A stretch of 64,000 nucleotides of DNA from Pelagomonas calceolata (taxonomy: Eukaryota), in NCBI GenBank assembly GCA_918797485.1, contig CAKKNE010000003.1:1240001-1304000 (forward strand). Direction: 5' to 3'. Positions 24,326-36,080 of this stretch are shown in pieces. The number at the start of each line of letters is the position of its first letter. Within the stretch, counting starts at the first letter, position 1. The notes under the pieces were generated by a model. That model ran no database searches, was not told the origin of the DNA, and saw only the letters and a program-made list of their open reading frames with translations. Position numbers and translations under genes: made by a program.

Positions 24326-24537
24326 CGGATCCACAAATGCTTTGACTTGTCGGCTGGGCTCCAGCCGGGGCAGCCCTGAGATCTCGGAGGAGGAAGCACG
24401 CTCTCTGCTGGCTGCTCTCCAGCCGACCGGGGCGGCCTCGGGAGGCTCCCGTGACTTGTCCCGCCGCAACACTGCGGCGACTCCGACCGGGGCAGCCTCG
24501 AGGGCAGCTCTCGGAGGATGCCGAGAAAAATAATCGA

Positions 24538-24560
24538 GCTAGCGATTGTAAGACACTAGC
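24538..24560 (+). promoter_or_regulatory. Conserved upstream motif copy
   Basis: GCTAGCGATTGTAAGACACTAGC between divergent genes. Confidence 0.7.
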
Positions 24561-24638
24561 AATGCAGCCCCCAGGGCTTGGGACTCGACTGGGTGCTACA
24601 GATCCGCATTGAGTGAAATTGACGAGCTGTGCAGAGCC

Positions 24639-25869
24639 ATGAATCGTGGCTTTGCGCTGGTGCTCTTCCTGAGCGGTTGTGCGGCAGCCAAGAAGGAAGG
24701 TAAAGCCAGGCTTAGAGCTATGCACAGGATCATCAAGAAACGAGGGCGGAACGCGACGCTGCCACAACTCATCAAACCGCACGTCCTTGGTAGCAACGAC
24801 GCGTGGAAAAATGCAAAGAAAATCTGCGACGGCGGCGTGCCGCGGGCCGCGCGCCCGATTCTCGTCTTCGTGCACGTATTTAAGTCTGCCGGCACCACGA
24901 CGCGGGAGACCCTGAAACAGTGGAGCCAGCGGCGGGCGAGCCCGACAACCACGTGTCGCTTCGTGAGCGCGGGCCGCTGCGGCGGCGGCATGGCGCGGCG
25001 GCGCCTCACGTTCGCGACCTTTGCGCAGCTCCTCCGGCCGCGGCGACGCCGGCTGGGCTCTGCAAACGCGCTCTGCACGAGCGGCGCGCGCGTGGCCGTG
25101 CCGCGGCCCGACGTCGACGTCGTCGCCGGGCACCTCTGGTTCGGGACGCTCCCAGCGAGCCGGCCCGCGATCTACGTGACGTGCCTGCGGGACCCAGTCG
25201 TCCTCCGAATTTCTGCTGCCTTGTATCTGAGAATCAGGCGCTACGACAAGCTATCGCTCGCAGAGGTGGCCGCGGACGTCGCGGCAGACTACGTAAAGAA
25301 GGCGAACAAAGAGAAGCCCTTCTATGCGAACTCCATAAAACGCCTGGGTGCTGCGGAGCCCATGAGCCGCTACGGGTCTTACGTCAGAGCCTGTGCAGAT
25401 ATCAACATTTCAAGACGCGACGTCTGCTCGATGGCGTGACGGTGCGGATCTCTCGCCTCTGGACTGAGCAAACTGCCGCACTCGATAGTCGATTTCCGCG
25501 CAGGTGAGCGGCGCCGTCGCGTCCGAGTCGGCGCGGCGCGCGGCGCGCGTCCTGGACGAATCCTTTGCCGTCGTCGGACTGACGGAGAAGTACGGTCTCT
25601 TCATCGAGATGTTAAAGAAGCTGCTGCCGACGCCCGACGCCAAGACGTTCTGGCGCGACGAGGCCGGCCGGCGCGAGAACGGGAACAAATGCAAGCACTC
25701 GACCTGCGCCGTCTTGAACGCCCTCGGCGCCGACGCGCGGCGGGCGCTGAACCGCACGGTCGCCTACGAGCGGAAGGTCTACGCCGCGGCCGTCGCCGTG
25801 CACGATCGGCGCTGCGCCGAGCGGCTGGGGAAGGAGGTTTGTGATGCCGTGCCGGCGAGGAGTTGTTAA
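24639..25869 (+). CDS. Sulfotransferase-family protein (Sulfotransfer_2/Gal-3-O-ST-like)
   Basis: Signal/anchor peptide, 5'-PSB FVHVFKSAGTT, 3'-PB YVTCLRDPV, FAVVGLTE. Intron 25383-25503. Confidence 0.72.
25391..25503 (+). mobile_element. Diverged introner element; intron 25383-25503
   Basis: CTGTGCAGATATCAA...TCGATTTCCGCGCAG, CTGCTCGATGGCGTG core, TSD 5/8. Confidence 0.75.
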
Positions 25870-25890
25870 GATTATTGTACGAACAAACAA

Positions 25891-27765
25891 TTACCTCGAG
25901 GCCCGAGCCGCGACGACCTCGCCGCCCCCGAACGCGATCGGCGAGTCGCCGCCGCCGCAGCCGACCGGCTTCTTCGGCGCCGCCGTCGCCGCGGCGTCGA
26001 CGACGTGGCGCTGGACCTCCTTCAGGTCCTGCGTCGGCGCGCCGACGGCCCGCGCCGCGACGACCTCCGCGGCTAATTTCCCAGCTAAAACGGCGCCCTC
26101 CATCGAGCCGAGGTATTTCTGGCTCGTGAAGCAGCCGCAGAGCGTCAGGTTCGGGATCGGCGTCTTCTGCGACGGGCGGTACTTGTTGCGGCCCGGCACG
26201 GCCGCGTAGACGGAGCGCGGCACGCGGACCACAGTCGACTTGCGCAGTTTTGCTGTTTTCAGGTCGTCGGGGAACAACTGCCTCAGCTCGTCGAGCGTCG
26301 CCTCTACCACCTCCTCGTCAGAGGCCGCGAGCCAGTTACGACTCGCGCCGGTCTCGGGTGTCACCGGAGCGAAGACTAGTTCCAGCATCGTCTCGTCCGA
26401 GGCGTACTCCTCGCAGCAGATCGACATGTCCGCATAGACCGAGAGTAGAGGGCTTCGAGAAAAGGCCAGGCCGTCCAGCGAGCTCTCGAACTTCGTGTCG
26501 AACCAGAGCTGCAGGTTCATGACCTGCGCGGGGCGGAACGGTGAACTATTCTCGTCCGTGTGCCGCGTCGACGACGTCACGGCCGCGTAGATCCCACCGG
26601 CACGCCATCGCCGCGAGGTCGGCGCGAGTTCGCAGGACACCGGCGCGCTACCGGGATGCCCTCCAGCTCGTCCAATTGCCGAAAGTAGGGCAGCGTCGAC
26701 CACGCTTCGGGCACGACGCGCTTCAGCACGTCGACGGGCAGCGCGGAGACGTATTCGTCCGCCAAAACTTCCTCGCCGCCCCTCAAGACGACCCTGGCGA
26801 TACTGCCGTCGTCGTTCACGTCGATGCGCTCCAACGGCTTCTCCACGAGCACGTCGCCGCCTGCCGCGCGGACGTGCTCCGCGATCGGCGCGCAGACGCG
26901 GTCCGGCTGGTTGCCGTCGAGGAACGCCGTCTGGCTGCCGTCGGCTTCGTTAATGAAACGGTTCATCGCTGTTAATATGACCGTCATGGACATGCGGTCC
27001 GGATCGGTGAAATCGAGTGCCTTGGCCATGGCCTGTGCGCAAAACCAGTGAGTCATAGCCAGCAGAGATGTATGCACGGGCCCTCGCGATGAAGATCTCC
27101 TCGTTGACCGTGTCGGGCATGCCGTACTTCTCCATGAACTCGAGGACCGAGAGCTCGTCCTGGGCGTCGATGAAGTCTTGCCCTTCGATGAGCATCGGCA
27201 GCAGGCCGGGCACCATCTTAATTTTGTCCACCAACGAGAGCATCTCGCGGTTCGTCAGGATCGCCGCGGCCATGTTGAACGGCGCGGGCACGTTCGCCGG
27301 GAACTCGAAGTTCGTGAACTCGCCCGGCCGCTGGCGCATCGCGAAGGACATGCGGTGCGGCTTCCACTGGAGCCGGTCCCTGATCTTCAATTCCTTCAGT
27401 AGATTCATCATGTTCGGGTAGGCGCCGAAGAAAATATGTAAACCGGTCTCGATCCAGTCGCCGTCCGCGTCCTGCCACGCGGAGACCTTGCCTCCGAGCA
27501 CGTCCCTCGCCTCGTAGACCGTCGCGGCGTGGCCGGCATCGCTCAAGTACTTGGCGCAGCTCAGTCCGCTCAGACCGCCTCCAATGATCGCGACCGTTTT
27601 CTTCTTGTCCTTCGCTTGCAGCTCATTATTGAAGCGCGCCGACGCCGCCGTCGCGTCGCGGTAGTTCTGCGTGTTCTCGAGGCGGGACGGCTCGGGGCGC
27701 CGTGCTGCGGGTGCGAGAGCAGTGGTTTGCACGGCTGCCGCGAGGAAGAGCAAGCGCCGCATCAT
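25891..27765 (-). CDS. PDS: 15-cis-phytoene desaturase, plastid-targeted
   Basis: [48 protein letters not shown]. Introns 27087-27033 (GC-AG) and 26651-26524 restore EIFI|AMAKAL and [12 protein letters not shown]. Confidence 0.95.
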
Positions 27766-27981
27766 CGTCAGTGCGGGTGTCAGTGTGCAGTGGATGGTCT
27801 CAGTGTGCAGTGATGTGTCAGTGTGTGCAACAGCAGCAAATGCACCGAAAGCAATGCAAGCGATGAACTGTATAGCGTCGTAGTGATCGCACGCTCACAG
27901 GCAGTAGAATGCAAACCACCGATCTGTGACCACACCAAACAGATAGGCAATGACACTGCGCTTGCCTTGCCACCAGCGCTT

Positions 27982-28003
27982 GCTAGTGTCTAACAGACGC
28001 TAG
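27982..28003 (-). promoter_or_regulatory. Conserved upstream motif copy
   Basis: GCTAGTGTCTAACAGACGCTAG between divergent PDS and kinase. Confidence 0.65.
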
Positions 28004-28362
28004 ATTAGGAGTTTTGCACCAACCTACCTGACTCGTATCCCGCCCGTCAAGAAGACTCCCATCAGAGCGGTCGCAACAAAACGAGCTTTAACCCACAGAC
28101 GGCCACCAGACAAGCGTGCATCGAAAATCGGCCAGCCACGAGCCACGACGGATACAATCGGTAACGTTTGCGAAGTTTTAAGACGGCGTCGATATATCCA
28201 AGAGAGCCCAACGCGATTCGGACGTCTAGCGAGTTTTTAAGCAATGTAAAGCTTGGTTGCCACACTTGCTGAGGCGGTTTCGGCGCGACTGACGCGCTTC
28301 TATCGTCGCCATGTGATTTGTTGTCGACTCGTCGGACCGGAGACGTGACGCCATCGCAGGTC

Positions 28363-29719
28363 ATGGGCAACGCCTGCGGCGCGGGCTCGAGCGGCGCCGT
28401 GCGCGAGCAGCGGGCGAAGGAGGGATCCGCCGAGCAGATGTGCAAGCGGCGCGGGTCGTCCGTAATAACGGACCGCAAGATCAAGCGCCACGACGTGCGG
28501 CAGGACTACGACCTGGGGAAGCTGCTCGGCGAGGGCGCCTTCGGCAAGGTCCACGCGGGCACGCTGAAGCGCAGCGAGTCCGAGAAGGCCCCTATTTCTA
28601 CAACCGAGGGCGGAGAGTCGCCGTGCCCCGAGGAGAAGTGCGAGCGCGCGATCAAGTTCCTCGGCGTCGCCGCGCTGAAGGCGACGGGCGTCGACGACGA
28701 GATTAATACGATGCGTCGCGTGTCGCACCACCACAACATCGTCAAGTTATATGATTGTTATTTGCACGGCGACCATTTTGTGATGGCGCTCGAGCTCTGC
28801 CGTGGCGGCGAGCTCTTTGATCGTATTGTGGCGAAGCAGCACTACTCGGAGCGCGAGGCGCGGAAGTGCTTCGCCCAGATGGTCGAGGCGATTGGGCATT
28901 GCCACGCGCACGAAATTGTCCACCGCGACCTCAAGCCTGAGAACCTATTATATGCGGACGTCGAGGGCACGCCGAACGGCGAAGTGATCAAGCTCGCGGA
29001 CTTTGGATTGGCGTCGACGCCTGTGTGGAAATCAAATTTCGGGCGCCCCACGCCATCGACGCGATGGCGTGGAGGCTCACGAAGTACCCTAACTCACTGG
29101 CTGATTTCCACACAGGTCGATCATCCACGAGGACCAGCACCTGAAGTCGATCTGCGGGAGCCCCGGTTATCTGGCGCCCGAGATCCTGACGCGCCAGGGC
29201 TACGGTAAAGAAGTTGATATGTGGACCTGTGGAGTCATCCTCTACGTCCTGCTGGCGGGTTACCCGCCCTTCTGGGACCCGCGCAACCGCGAGCGCGTCA
29301 TCGAGGCGAAGATCAAGCGCGCCGAGTACGAGTTCGACGAACCGGCCTGGAAGGACATCTCGCCGTCGGCCAAGGAGCTCATCTCGCAGCTCATGACCCT
29401 CGACGTCGAGAAGCGCCTGACGGCGGAGGAGTGCTTCGAGGACCACGAGCACCGCCACGACCGCAGCGGCGCGCCCGAGTGGCTCCGCGACGACACCGAG
29501 GCCATGGACTGCCACATCCCCCACTTCTGCGACAACATGCACAAGTACGTGCTGCGTCGCCACCTGAAGGGCGTCGTCGACGCCGTCATCGCGACGAAGC
29601 GCATGGGCTCGTCGCGCCTCATGGGCCTCTTCGCGAGCGCGTCGGAGACGCCGACCTCGGGCGCCGCCACCGAGGCCACGCCCGCCGCGGAGGCGCCCGC
29701 CGCGGCGACGACGGCGTGA
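28363..29719 (+). CDS. CAMK-group Ser/Thr protein kinase, probably N-myristoylated
   Basis: MGNACG start, [15 protein letters not shown]. Removing intron 29013-29115 gives DFGLASII...[10 protein letters not shown]. Confidence 0.9.
29021..29115 (+). mobile_element. Introner element; intron 29013-29115
   Basis: TIRs CTGTGTGGAAATCA / TGATTTCCACACAG; TSD GTCGACGC / GTCGATCA. Confidence 0.9.
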
Positions 29720-29778
29720 AGCGGTTACCTCCCGCAACCCCCCCCTCCTCGCCGCCGATGACATAATTGTCGCAGTAC

Positions 29779-29800
29779 GCTAGCGGCTGTAAGACACTAG
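29779..29800 (+). promoter_or_regulatory. Conserved upstream motif copy
   Basis: GCTAGCGGCTGTAAGACACTAG, upstream of the INPP4-like gene. Confidence 0.7.
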
Positions 29801-29879
29801 TAAAGCTGAGAGGCCAGTCAAAGCACTCACGGCGCTCTTTGCTGCGCAACGAGCAGCGGCAGCGAAGAGACTCTTTAAC

Positions 29880-32800
29880 ATGGACGATGCTGCCAGCAGC
29901 GAAGCCGCCGCGCCGGCCGCTGCCACCGATGCCGCCACCACTCAGGAGGCACCGCAGCGCGCGGACGCGGACGTGACGGACCTGCTCACGGCGGAGCTCG
30001 ACGCCGCGGTGGCAGCGGCCGCGCCGCAGCGCACAGACTCCACGGACGTCCTCACGGCGGAGCTCGACGCGCTCCTCGCGATGCCCGCGCCAGAGACCGC
30101 CGCGCCACCCGCGGCCAAGCCGCCACCACCGCCCCAAGACGCCGCCGCCGGCGACACGGAACCGCTCGCGGGCCGCGGCCAGTGGGTCGCGTTCAGCGTA
30201 GCCAACGCGTACGCCGCGAAGCAGCAGGGCGCCATGGCGGCGTTCGCGCGCAAGGCGCCCGAGGCGCGCGACGTGCGGGCGCTCATGGACGGCGAGGCGC
30301 CCTGGGCGTCCGAGACGCACCCGCGGGTCGCCCTCGGCGCCGAGGGGTCCCTCGACGCGAGCTTCAAGACGTGCGCTTATGTAAGATCGGACGGCGGCGG
30401 CGACGAGCGGCTGCGGGTGGAGGTGCGCGCCAAGGCGCCGGGCGGCGACGACGCGTCGATCGGCGCGGCCGAGTTCTCGCGCGACGATCTAGTACGGGCG
30501 CGCGACCCGGTGGTGGCCCCGCTCGCGCCGGGCGCGGGCGCCTTCTGCCGCGCGACGCCGCTCGGCCCCGACGAGGTCCTGGACGCGGCGGCGCGCCGCG
30601 CGGGCACGGCCTGCCTGCGCCAGGCGTTCCTGCTGGACGACGGCCGCGTCCTGAGCGAGGCATGCTGCGAGAGCGTCGGCGCGCACGAGATCGTCCGGGA
30701 CGTGCTCAAGCCCGTCGCCGACGGCGCGACGCGCGCGGCGGCGGCGTGGCTCGCGCGGGCGGAGCGCGAGCGCGTCGTCCGCTGCGCGTTCGCCGACGAC
30801 GACGACGCGAGGGCGCACGGCGCGCGCAAGCTGCGCGTGGCCGTCTTGGGCGCGCGCGGCGTGACGCGCGCGGCGGCGGCCGCCGGCGGCGGCGCGCCGC
30901 CGGCCGACGTCAAGGCGAACCTCGCGCGGCTCGGGCGGTCGGCCTTCGGGTTCGCGCGGCGGCTGCGGAGCGGCGACCTGCCGAACCCGCTCGGCGCCGA
31001 GGACGCGGCGGCGCCGGCGCCCTTCGTGCGCGTCGAGGTGGAGCGGGACGGCGCGCGGACGCGCCTGGGCCGCACGAACACGGAGTACGCGTCGGTAGCG
31101 CCGTCGTTCGGAGCCAATGCGCGCGCGGAGCGGAGCTGCCCCCACGCGGCGCCGCGGACGGCCTTCGAGGCGGAGGAGGGCGCGGCACGGCTCGTCGCCG
31201 GCTCGGACCTGTCGCCGCTGGGCGTCGCGCCGGTCCTCGAGGCCTACGCGCCCGCGGCGGGCGCGGGCGCATCGCTGGTCCTGACCCTGCTCGACGAGCG
31301 CTACTCCGTCGAGCGCGGCGTCGTCGGCGAAGTTATTGGCGAGGCGCTCGTTGAACTGCCCGCCCCGAGCGCGGGGCCGCCGGCGCCGGCGTGGGTGCCC
31401 GTCGGCGGCTCCGGCGCCGAGGTCTTCGTGGCCGTCCACGTCGTGGCGCTCGAAGGCGCGGCGGCGGCGGCGCTCCCGGACGGCGGGGATGAGGACGACC
31501 TGCGCGCGTGGCTCGGCGCCGCCGCGCCGAGCCACGCGCCCGCGGCGGCCCGGGACCACGGCTGGATGCGCCGCCACGGCGAGGCGCTCGCGGCGACGGG
31601 CGCGCGGCTCCGCAGGCTCGCGGCCGAGGCCGAAGCGCAGGCGCTGGCCGGGCGGAGCTGCTTCAAGTCGTCGACACGTAAGGGCGACGCCGGCGTGGCC
31701 GCTCATGCTACTAACGTGCACGCCTATCTGGCGTCGGTGCGGGGCGTCGAGGGCGGCGCGGCGCTCCTCGCCATGTGTACGGCTGGCGCGCCCGCCGCCG
31801 CCGCCACGCTGGGCTCCGACGGCGGCGGCCTCCTGCGCCTGCAGCGGGGAGCCTCCGGGGGCGACGAGACGGCGGCGGCCTACGCGACGCGTAGAGCGCT
31901 AGTCCTCGCGCAAGCCTTGCAGGTCCTCGCCCAGGCGCTGCGCGCCAAGGTCGCCGCGCTTCTCGCAAGCCCGAGCACTGCGAAAGAGGTCTGCAAAAGC
32001 TGGCGCGAAACGGGCACGGATGTCGTCTTCCTTTCCCTGATATCGACGGCGGGCCGCGAGCTCGCGATGCTAGAGGACGTCGCCGGCATCGTCGACGCGC
32101 TGCAGGACGTCAACGTTGAAATTTCCGGCGGCTTCGGCTACGACCCTAGTACAAGGACGCTGGGCCTTGGTATGACGGGTGTCGACGGCCTCGGGCTCGA
32201 GACGTTTCGCGCGTCGGTCGTGCTCGTGGCGCAGGGCCTCGACGTCCGCCAGTCGCTCGCGCACTCGCAACAGACGGCGAAGGACGCCATGAGCTCGTTC
32301 CTCGCGACGGCGAAGACCGCGGCGCAAGACGTGCGCCAAAAAATCGGCGGCAGCAGCGCCAACGGCCCCGTGGCGGCGCCAGGCGCGCCTCCGCCGCCGT
32401 CGGACGACGACGCGCGGCGGCTCCAGAACACGCTCAACCGCGCGGCGGCGCAGCGCCTCGCGGCGCGCGCGGAGTTGCTAGGGGACGGCGGCGCGAGCCG
32501 TCACTATGCCGCAGCTGTCGAGCGCGAGAGCGCCGCGCTCGCGTCGGGCGCGTTCGAGAAGCACTGGACGATCATCGTCGAGGCCGAGCGCCTCGCGCGG
32601 CGCCTCGACCTCCCGCTCGCCGTGTTCTGCAAGAGCGGCAAGGACCGCACGGGCATGGCGGCGACGCTCGCGGCGGCCGCCTTCTGCGGCGAGTTCGGCC
32701 GGGACAACGAGCAGATCGTCCTCGCGACGGCGAACCTTTTGCGCGCCCACGGCACACGCATTCTGATATGCGAGAAGAATACTGGTAGGCGGCGCTACGC

Positions 32801-32903
32801 GTTCAACGCGTTCCAGCGCGAGTTCCTGCCGGCGCCGTTCAGACCGCCGCCGTCCACCATCGAGGACTTGGCGTCGTCCCTGATCCATCGTGACATGTCG
32901 TGA
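29880..32903 (+). CDS. Inositol polyphosphate 4-phosphatase-like protein with C2-like regions
   Basis: CKSGKDRT catalytic motif followed by LLR..G.R....EKNTG...YAFN..Q...LP..FRPP; also FKSS.RK and ATNVH. Confidence 0.8.
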   Translation: MDDAASSEAAAPAAATDAATTQEAPQRADADVTDLLTAELDAAVAAAAPQRTDSTDVLTAELDALLAMPAPETAAPPAAKPPPPPQDAAAGDTEPLAGRGQWVAFSVANAYAAKQQGAMAAFARKAPEARDVRALMDGEAPWASETHPRVALGAEGSLDASFKTCAYVRSDGGGDERLRVEVRAKAPGGDDASIGAAEFSRDDLVRARDPVVAPLAPGAGAFCRATPLGPDEVLDAAARRAGTACLRQAFLLDDGRVLSEACCESVGAHEIVRDVLKPVADGATRAAAAWLARAERERVVRCAFADDDDARAHGARKLRVAVLGARGVTRAAAAAGGGAPPADVKANLARLGRSAFGFARRLRSGDLPNPLGAEDAAAPAPFVRVEVERDGARTRLGRTNTEYASVAPSFGANARAERSCPHAAPRTAFEAEEGAARLVAGSDLSPLGVAPVLEAYAPAAGAGASLVLTLLDERYSVERGVVGEVIGEALVELPAPSAGPPAPAWVPVGGSGAEVFVAVHVVALEGAAAAALPDGGDEDDLRAWLGAAAPSHAPAAARDHGWMRRHGEALAATGARLRRLAAEAEAQALAGRSCFKSSTRKGDAGVAAHATNVHAYLASVRGVEGGAALLAMCTAGAPAAAATLGSDGGGLLRLQRGASGGDETAAAYATRRALVLAQALQVLAQALRAKVAALLASPSTAKEVCKSWRETGTDVVFLSLISTAGRELAMLEDVAGIVDALQDVNVEISGGFGYDPSTRTLGLGMTGVDGLGLETFRASVVLVAQGLDVRQSLAHSQQTAKDAMSSFLATAKTAAQDVRQKIGGSSANGPVAAPGAPPPPSDDDARRLQNTLNRAAAQRLAARAELLGDGGASRHYAAAVERESAALASGAFEKHWTIIVEAERLARRLDLPLAVFCKSGKDRTGMAATLAAAAFCGEFGRDNEQIVLATANLLRAHGTRILICEKNTGRRRYAFNAFQREFLPAPFRPPPSTIEDLASSLIHRDMS

Positions 32904-33062
32904 TTTAATGTGCCCCCTCACTTATGTACTTGTCCTCTAGGGCACGGGGGTCAGGCAAGGGCGGGGGGCTATCCGTAGGCCTTGTACATGCTTCAGCAGC
33001 GCCAGTTCCTCGAGGCGACCTCGTCCGGGGACGGGGACGTTCTTGCGCGAGGAAGGGAGGGC

Positions 33063-35705
33063 TCACGCGGCGAGCGCGAGCACGAGGAGCGCGGCGCTGA
33101 CGCCTGAGAGGCGGTGGGCAGCGTCGACAATGGGAGTAGGGGTCGGAGCCGGCGTCGGCGCAGGCGTCGACTCGCAGCTGCCGTCCTCAGTTTTAAACTG
33201 GCCTTGCGTGACGCCACACGACGTCGACGCGCACAGGGTGTCTTCGAATGCGTCATCAATATCTTGGTTAATACCAACGCACCAGCCGAGGTCCTGGTCG
33301 AAGGCCGAGGCCCCTTCGAACATCCCGCTCATATCCGTGACGCTTTGGACCGCCCAATCACCGATGTCCTGGTTAAAGGCGGAGGCTTCGGCGAACATGT
33401 CCTCCATCGTCGTGACGCCCGAGGTATCCCACGAGCCGATGTCTTGGTCGAAGGCCGAGGCCTCGGCGAACATCCCCTTCATGCTCGTGACTCCGGAGGT
33501 ATCCCACGAGCTAATGTCTTCGTTAAAGGACGATTTAGCTTCGAACAACCACTTCATTTTCGTCACACCCGATGTGTCCCAAGTCGAAATGTGGCCGTAC
33601 GTCGCCGCTGCGGTCGCCGGGTAAGAGAACCAATGATCAACGGCCGTTTTGATTGTGCCGTCGGTCATGGTCCCGCCACTGCCACCACACCTGACTGCAG
33701 CCTCCCAGGCGATGCCGCACGACGTCGACGCGCACAGGGGTGCGTCCCCCGCGTCAAGGCCAAAGGCGTGCCACAGGTCCACGTCGTCGCGCACGCACCA
33801 GCCGAGGTCCTGATTGAATGCCGAGGCGCCGCCGAAGATGATCGCCATGTTCGTGACGCTCTGGACCGCCCAACCGCCGATGTCTTGGTTAAAAGACGAG
33901 GCGTCGCCGAACATCATGGTCATCGTCGTGACGCTGTGGACCGCCCAACCGCCGATGTCCTGGTTAAAGGCCGAGGCTTCGTGGAACATCGCGTACATCG
34001 TAGTGACGCCGGAGGTGTCCCACGCGCTAATGTCCTCGTTGAAGGACGAGTCGCGGAACAACCACGCCATGTCCGTCACCCCCGATGTGTCCCAAGTGGA
34101 GATGTGGCCGTACGTCGACTCGGCGGCCGTCGCGTCCGAGACCCACGCTGCAACTGCAACTCTGATCTTCCCGTTGGCCATGACGTTGCCCGTGCTCGGG
34201 AGGTCGCAGTCGCCCCACAAGACGCCGCATAACGTCGACGCGCACAGGGTGCCGTGGAATGCCGACCCCGGGACCCCCACCACCCCTTGTGCGTCGTCGT
34301 CCATGCACCAGCCGAGGTCCTGGTCGAAGGCCGGGGCTTTGTAGAACATCCCGCTCATGTCAGTGACGCCGGAGGTGTCCCACGCGCCGATGTCTTGGTT
34401 AAAAGACGTGGCTTCGGCGAACAAAGAGCTCATGTCCCTGACGTTGGAAACGTCCCAGCTGCTAATGTCCTGGTTAAAGGCCGAGGCTTCGCCGAACATG
34501 CCCTCCATCGACGTGACGCCGGAGGTGTCCCACGCGCCGATGTCCTCGTTAAAGGACGAGTCTTCGAACAACCCCTCCATGTCCGTCACCCCCGATACGT
34601 CCCACGTCGAAATGTGGCCGTACGTCGTCTCTGCGGATGCGCTGTTCGCGAGCCACGCCTCGACGGCAGTTTCTATGTTGCTGTCGGTCATCACGTAGCC
34701 CGAGAGCACGCGCCGCTGCTCAAGGCTTTGGACTGACGAGCTCGGAGACTCATTGGTCTTGATCTTCGAACTCTTCGTAATGGCGTAGTCGCTGCTGCCG
34801 CCCGAGAGCACGCGCCGCTGCTCAAGGCTTTGGACTGACGAGCTCGGAGACTCGTTGGTCTTGATCTTCGAACTCTTCGTAATGGCGTAGTCGCTGCTGC
34901 CGCCCGAGAGCACGCGCCGCTGCCCAAGGCTTTGGACTGACGAGCTCGGAGACTCATTGGTCTTGATCTTGGAACTCTTCGTAATGGCGTAGTCGCTGCC
35001 GCGGACCGAAGTCGCCGCCGCCGCCACGAGGGCGATCTCTGGCCAAAGAAGCAGGTAGCCGACGAAGGTCGAGCGCCAGGCCGCGCCCTTCGCCGAGCTA
35101 CTGCACCGCGGAATAACCCTTCCGAACACAAAGAGTCCCAAAACAATTTCGATCGAAATCGCAAGAAACTTGAAGAGGCACGAGGAAGCCCGCCCTTCTT
35201 CTTCGTCGACGCCGCCCTTGGTCGCGTCCGGGGCCGCCAACATCAATTCGGCGGACACGTGGTTTTGGTAGAGCTGGAGCCGCGCCATCGTCTCGGCGAC
35301 GCTCGTCGCGAATACCTTGGAGGCAGCGCGGTCGAGGCCGTTCTCGCCGGCCGGCGCGGACGTGCTGGCGCTGTTGTCGGACTTGCTGCCGTCCGCCCCG
35401 GAGTTCTTGTAGAGCTGGAGCCACGTGTTCCTCGCGGCGACGCTCGTCGCCACGCCCTTGGAGGCAGCGCGGTCGAGGCCCTCCCCGCCGGCCCGCGCAA
35501 ACGTGCTGCCGCTTTCGTCGGACTTTCTGCTGTCGTACATGGCCATGGCCTCGGAGAAAGCAGCTAGTTTCTCGCCGAGCCGGGAGCCGCCCTCCTTGGG
35601 GCAGCCCCTCCAGGGCTTGTTGCATGTGCTCAGCCTGCTGGGGCCGCGCGCGGGGGCCCGCAGCGCGGCGCTGCTCACGAGCAGCACCAGGGCGGCACGC
35701 AGCAT
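33063..35705 (-). CDS. DUF285/PARCEL (BspA-like) repeat surface protein, probably GPI-anchored
   Basis: Repeated FNQDIG.WDTSGVT.M..MF..A units in three modules, signal peptide, PT linker and hydrophobic C-terminal tail. Confidence 0.85.
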   Translation of the reverse strand: MLRAALVLLVSSAALRAPARGPSRLSTCNKPWRGCPKEGGSRLGEKLAAFSEAMAMYDSRKSDESGSTFARAGGEGLDRAASKGVATSVAARNTWLQLYKNSGADGSKSDNSASTSAPAGENGLDRAASKVFATSVAETMARLQLYQNHVSAELMLAAPDATKGGVDEEEGRASSCLFKFLAISIEIVLGLFVFGRVIPRCSSSAKGAAWRSTFVGYLLLWPEIALVAAAATSVRGSDYAITKSSKIKTNESPSSSVQSLGQRRVLSGGSSDYAITKSSKIKTNESPSSSVQSLEQRRVLSGGSSDYAITKSSKIKTNESPSSSVQSLEQRRVLSGYVMTDSNIETAVEAWLANSASAETTYGHISTWDVSGVTDMEGLFEDSSFNEDIGAWDTSGVTSMEGMFGEASAFNQDISSWDVSNVRDMSSLFAEATSFNQDIGAWDTSGVTDMSGMFYKAPAFDQDLGWCMDDDAQGVVGVPGSAFHGTLCASTLCGVLWGDCDLPSTGNVMANGKIRVAVAAWVSDATAAESTYGHISTWDTSGVTDMAWLFRDSSFNEDISAWDTSGVTTMYAMFHEASAFNQDIGGWAVHSVTTMTMMFGDASSFNQDIGGWAVQSVTNMAIIFGGASAFNQDLGWCVRDDVDLWHAFGLDAGDAPLCASTSCGIAWEAAVRCGGSGGTMTDGTIKTAVDHWFSYPATAAATYGHISTWDTSGVTKMKWLFEAKSSFNEDISSWDTSGVTSMKGMFAEASAFDQDIGSWDTSGVTTMEDMFAEASAFNQDIGDWAVQSVTDMSGMFEGASAFDQDLGWCVGINQDIDDAFEDTLCASTSCGVTQGQFKTEDGSCESTPAPTPAPTPTPIVDAAHRLSGVSAALLVLALAA
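34699..35001. repeat. Near-perfect 102-bp tandem repeat x3 (34-aa unit) inside the DUF285 gene
   Basis: Unit starting CCCGAGAGCACGCGCCGCTG at 34699, 34801 and 34903. Confidence 0.95.
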
Positions 35706-35889
35706 ATTTTCAGTAGTTCTCGTTCCCCGTAAGTCCCTGCTCCCAGCTCTTTTTGGGCTGTCTGGGCTGTCTGGGCTGCCCAGCGCTGGGTCTGGAGGAG
35801 GCGCGCGGGCTGGCATTGGAGCGAATCCCTGCACGCTCATCATAGTCATCCAGGATACCTACTGGAGCGTGTGCGGTTTCCGCACGAAT

Positions 35890-35912
35890 GCTAGCGGCAG
35901 TAAGACACTAGC
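35890..35912 (+). promoter_or_regulatory. Conserved upstream motif copy
   Basis: GCTAGCGGCAGTAAGACACTAGC between divergent genes. Confidence 0.7.
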
Positions 35913-36080
35913 AAGCTGGAGCCGGCAGCCGCGCGTGCGCCGCCCTGGCTTAAGCTAGAAAGAAGGAGAAGACGATAGCGCGGGTGCTGTAGCGTCCGTT
36001 TCCCAGCTTGTGTGACAAGAAATACTGTTCAAGGAAGCTGCACCACCACCCTCCCGAAAAATAGCCCTCAGAGCAGAGCC

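Noticed and set aside
25891..29719. Apparent frameshifts in PDS and the kinase as pseudogenisation or programmed frameshifting
   Set aside because: Fully explained by GT/GC-AG introns that restore conserved motifs.
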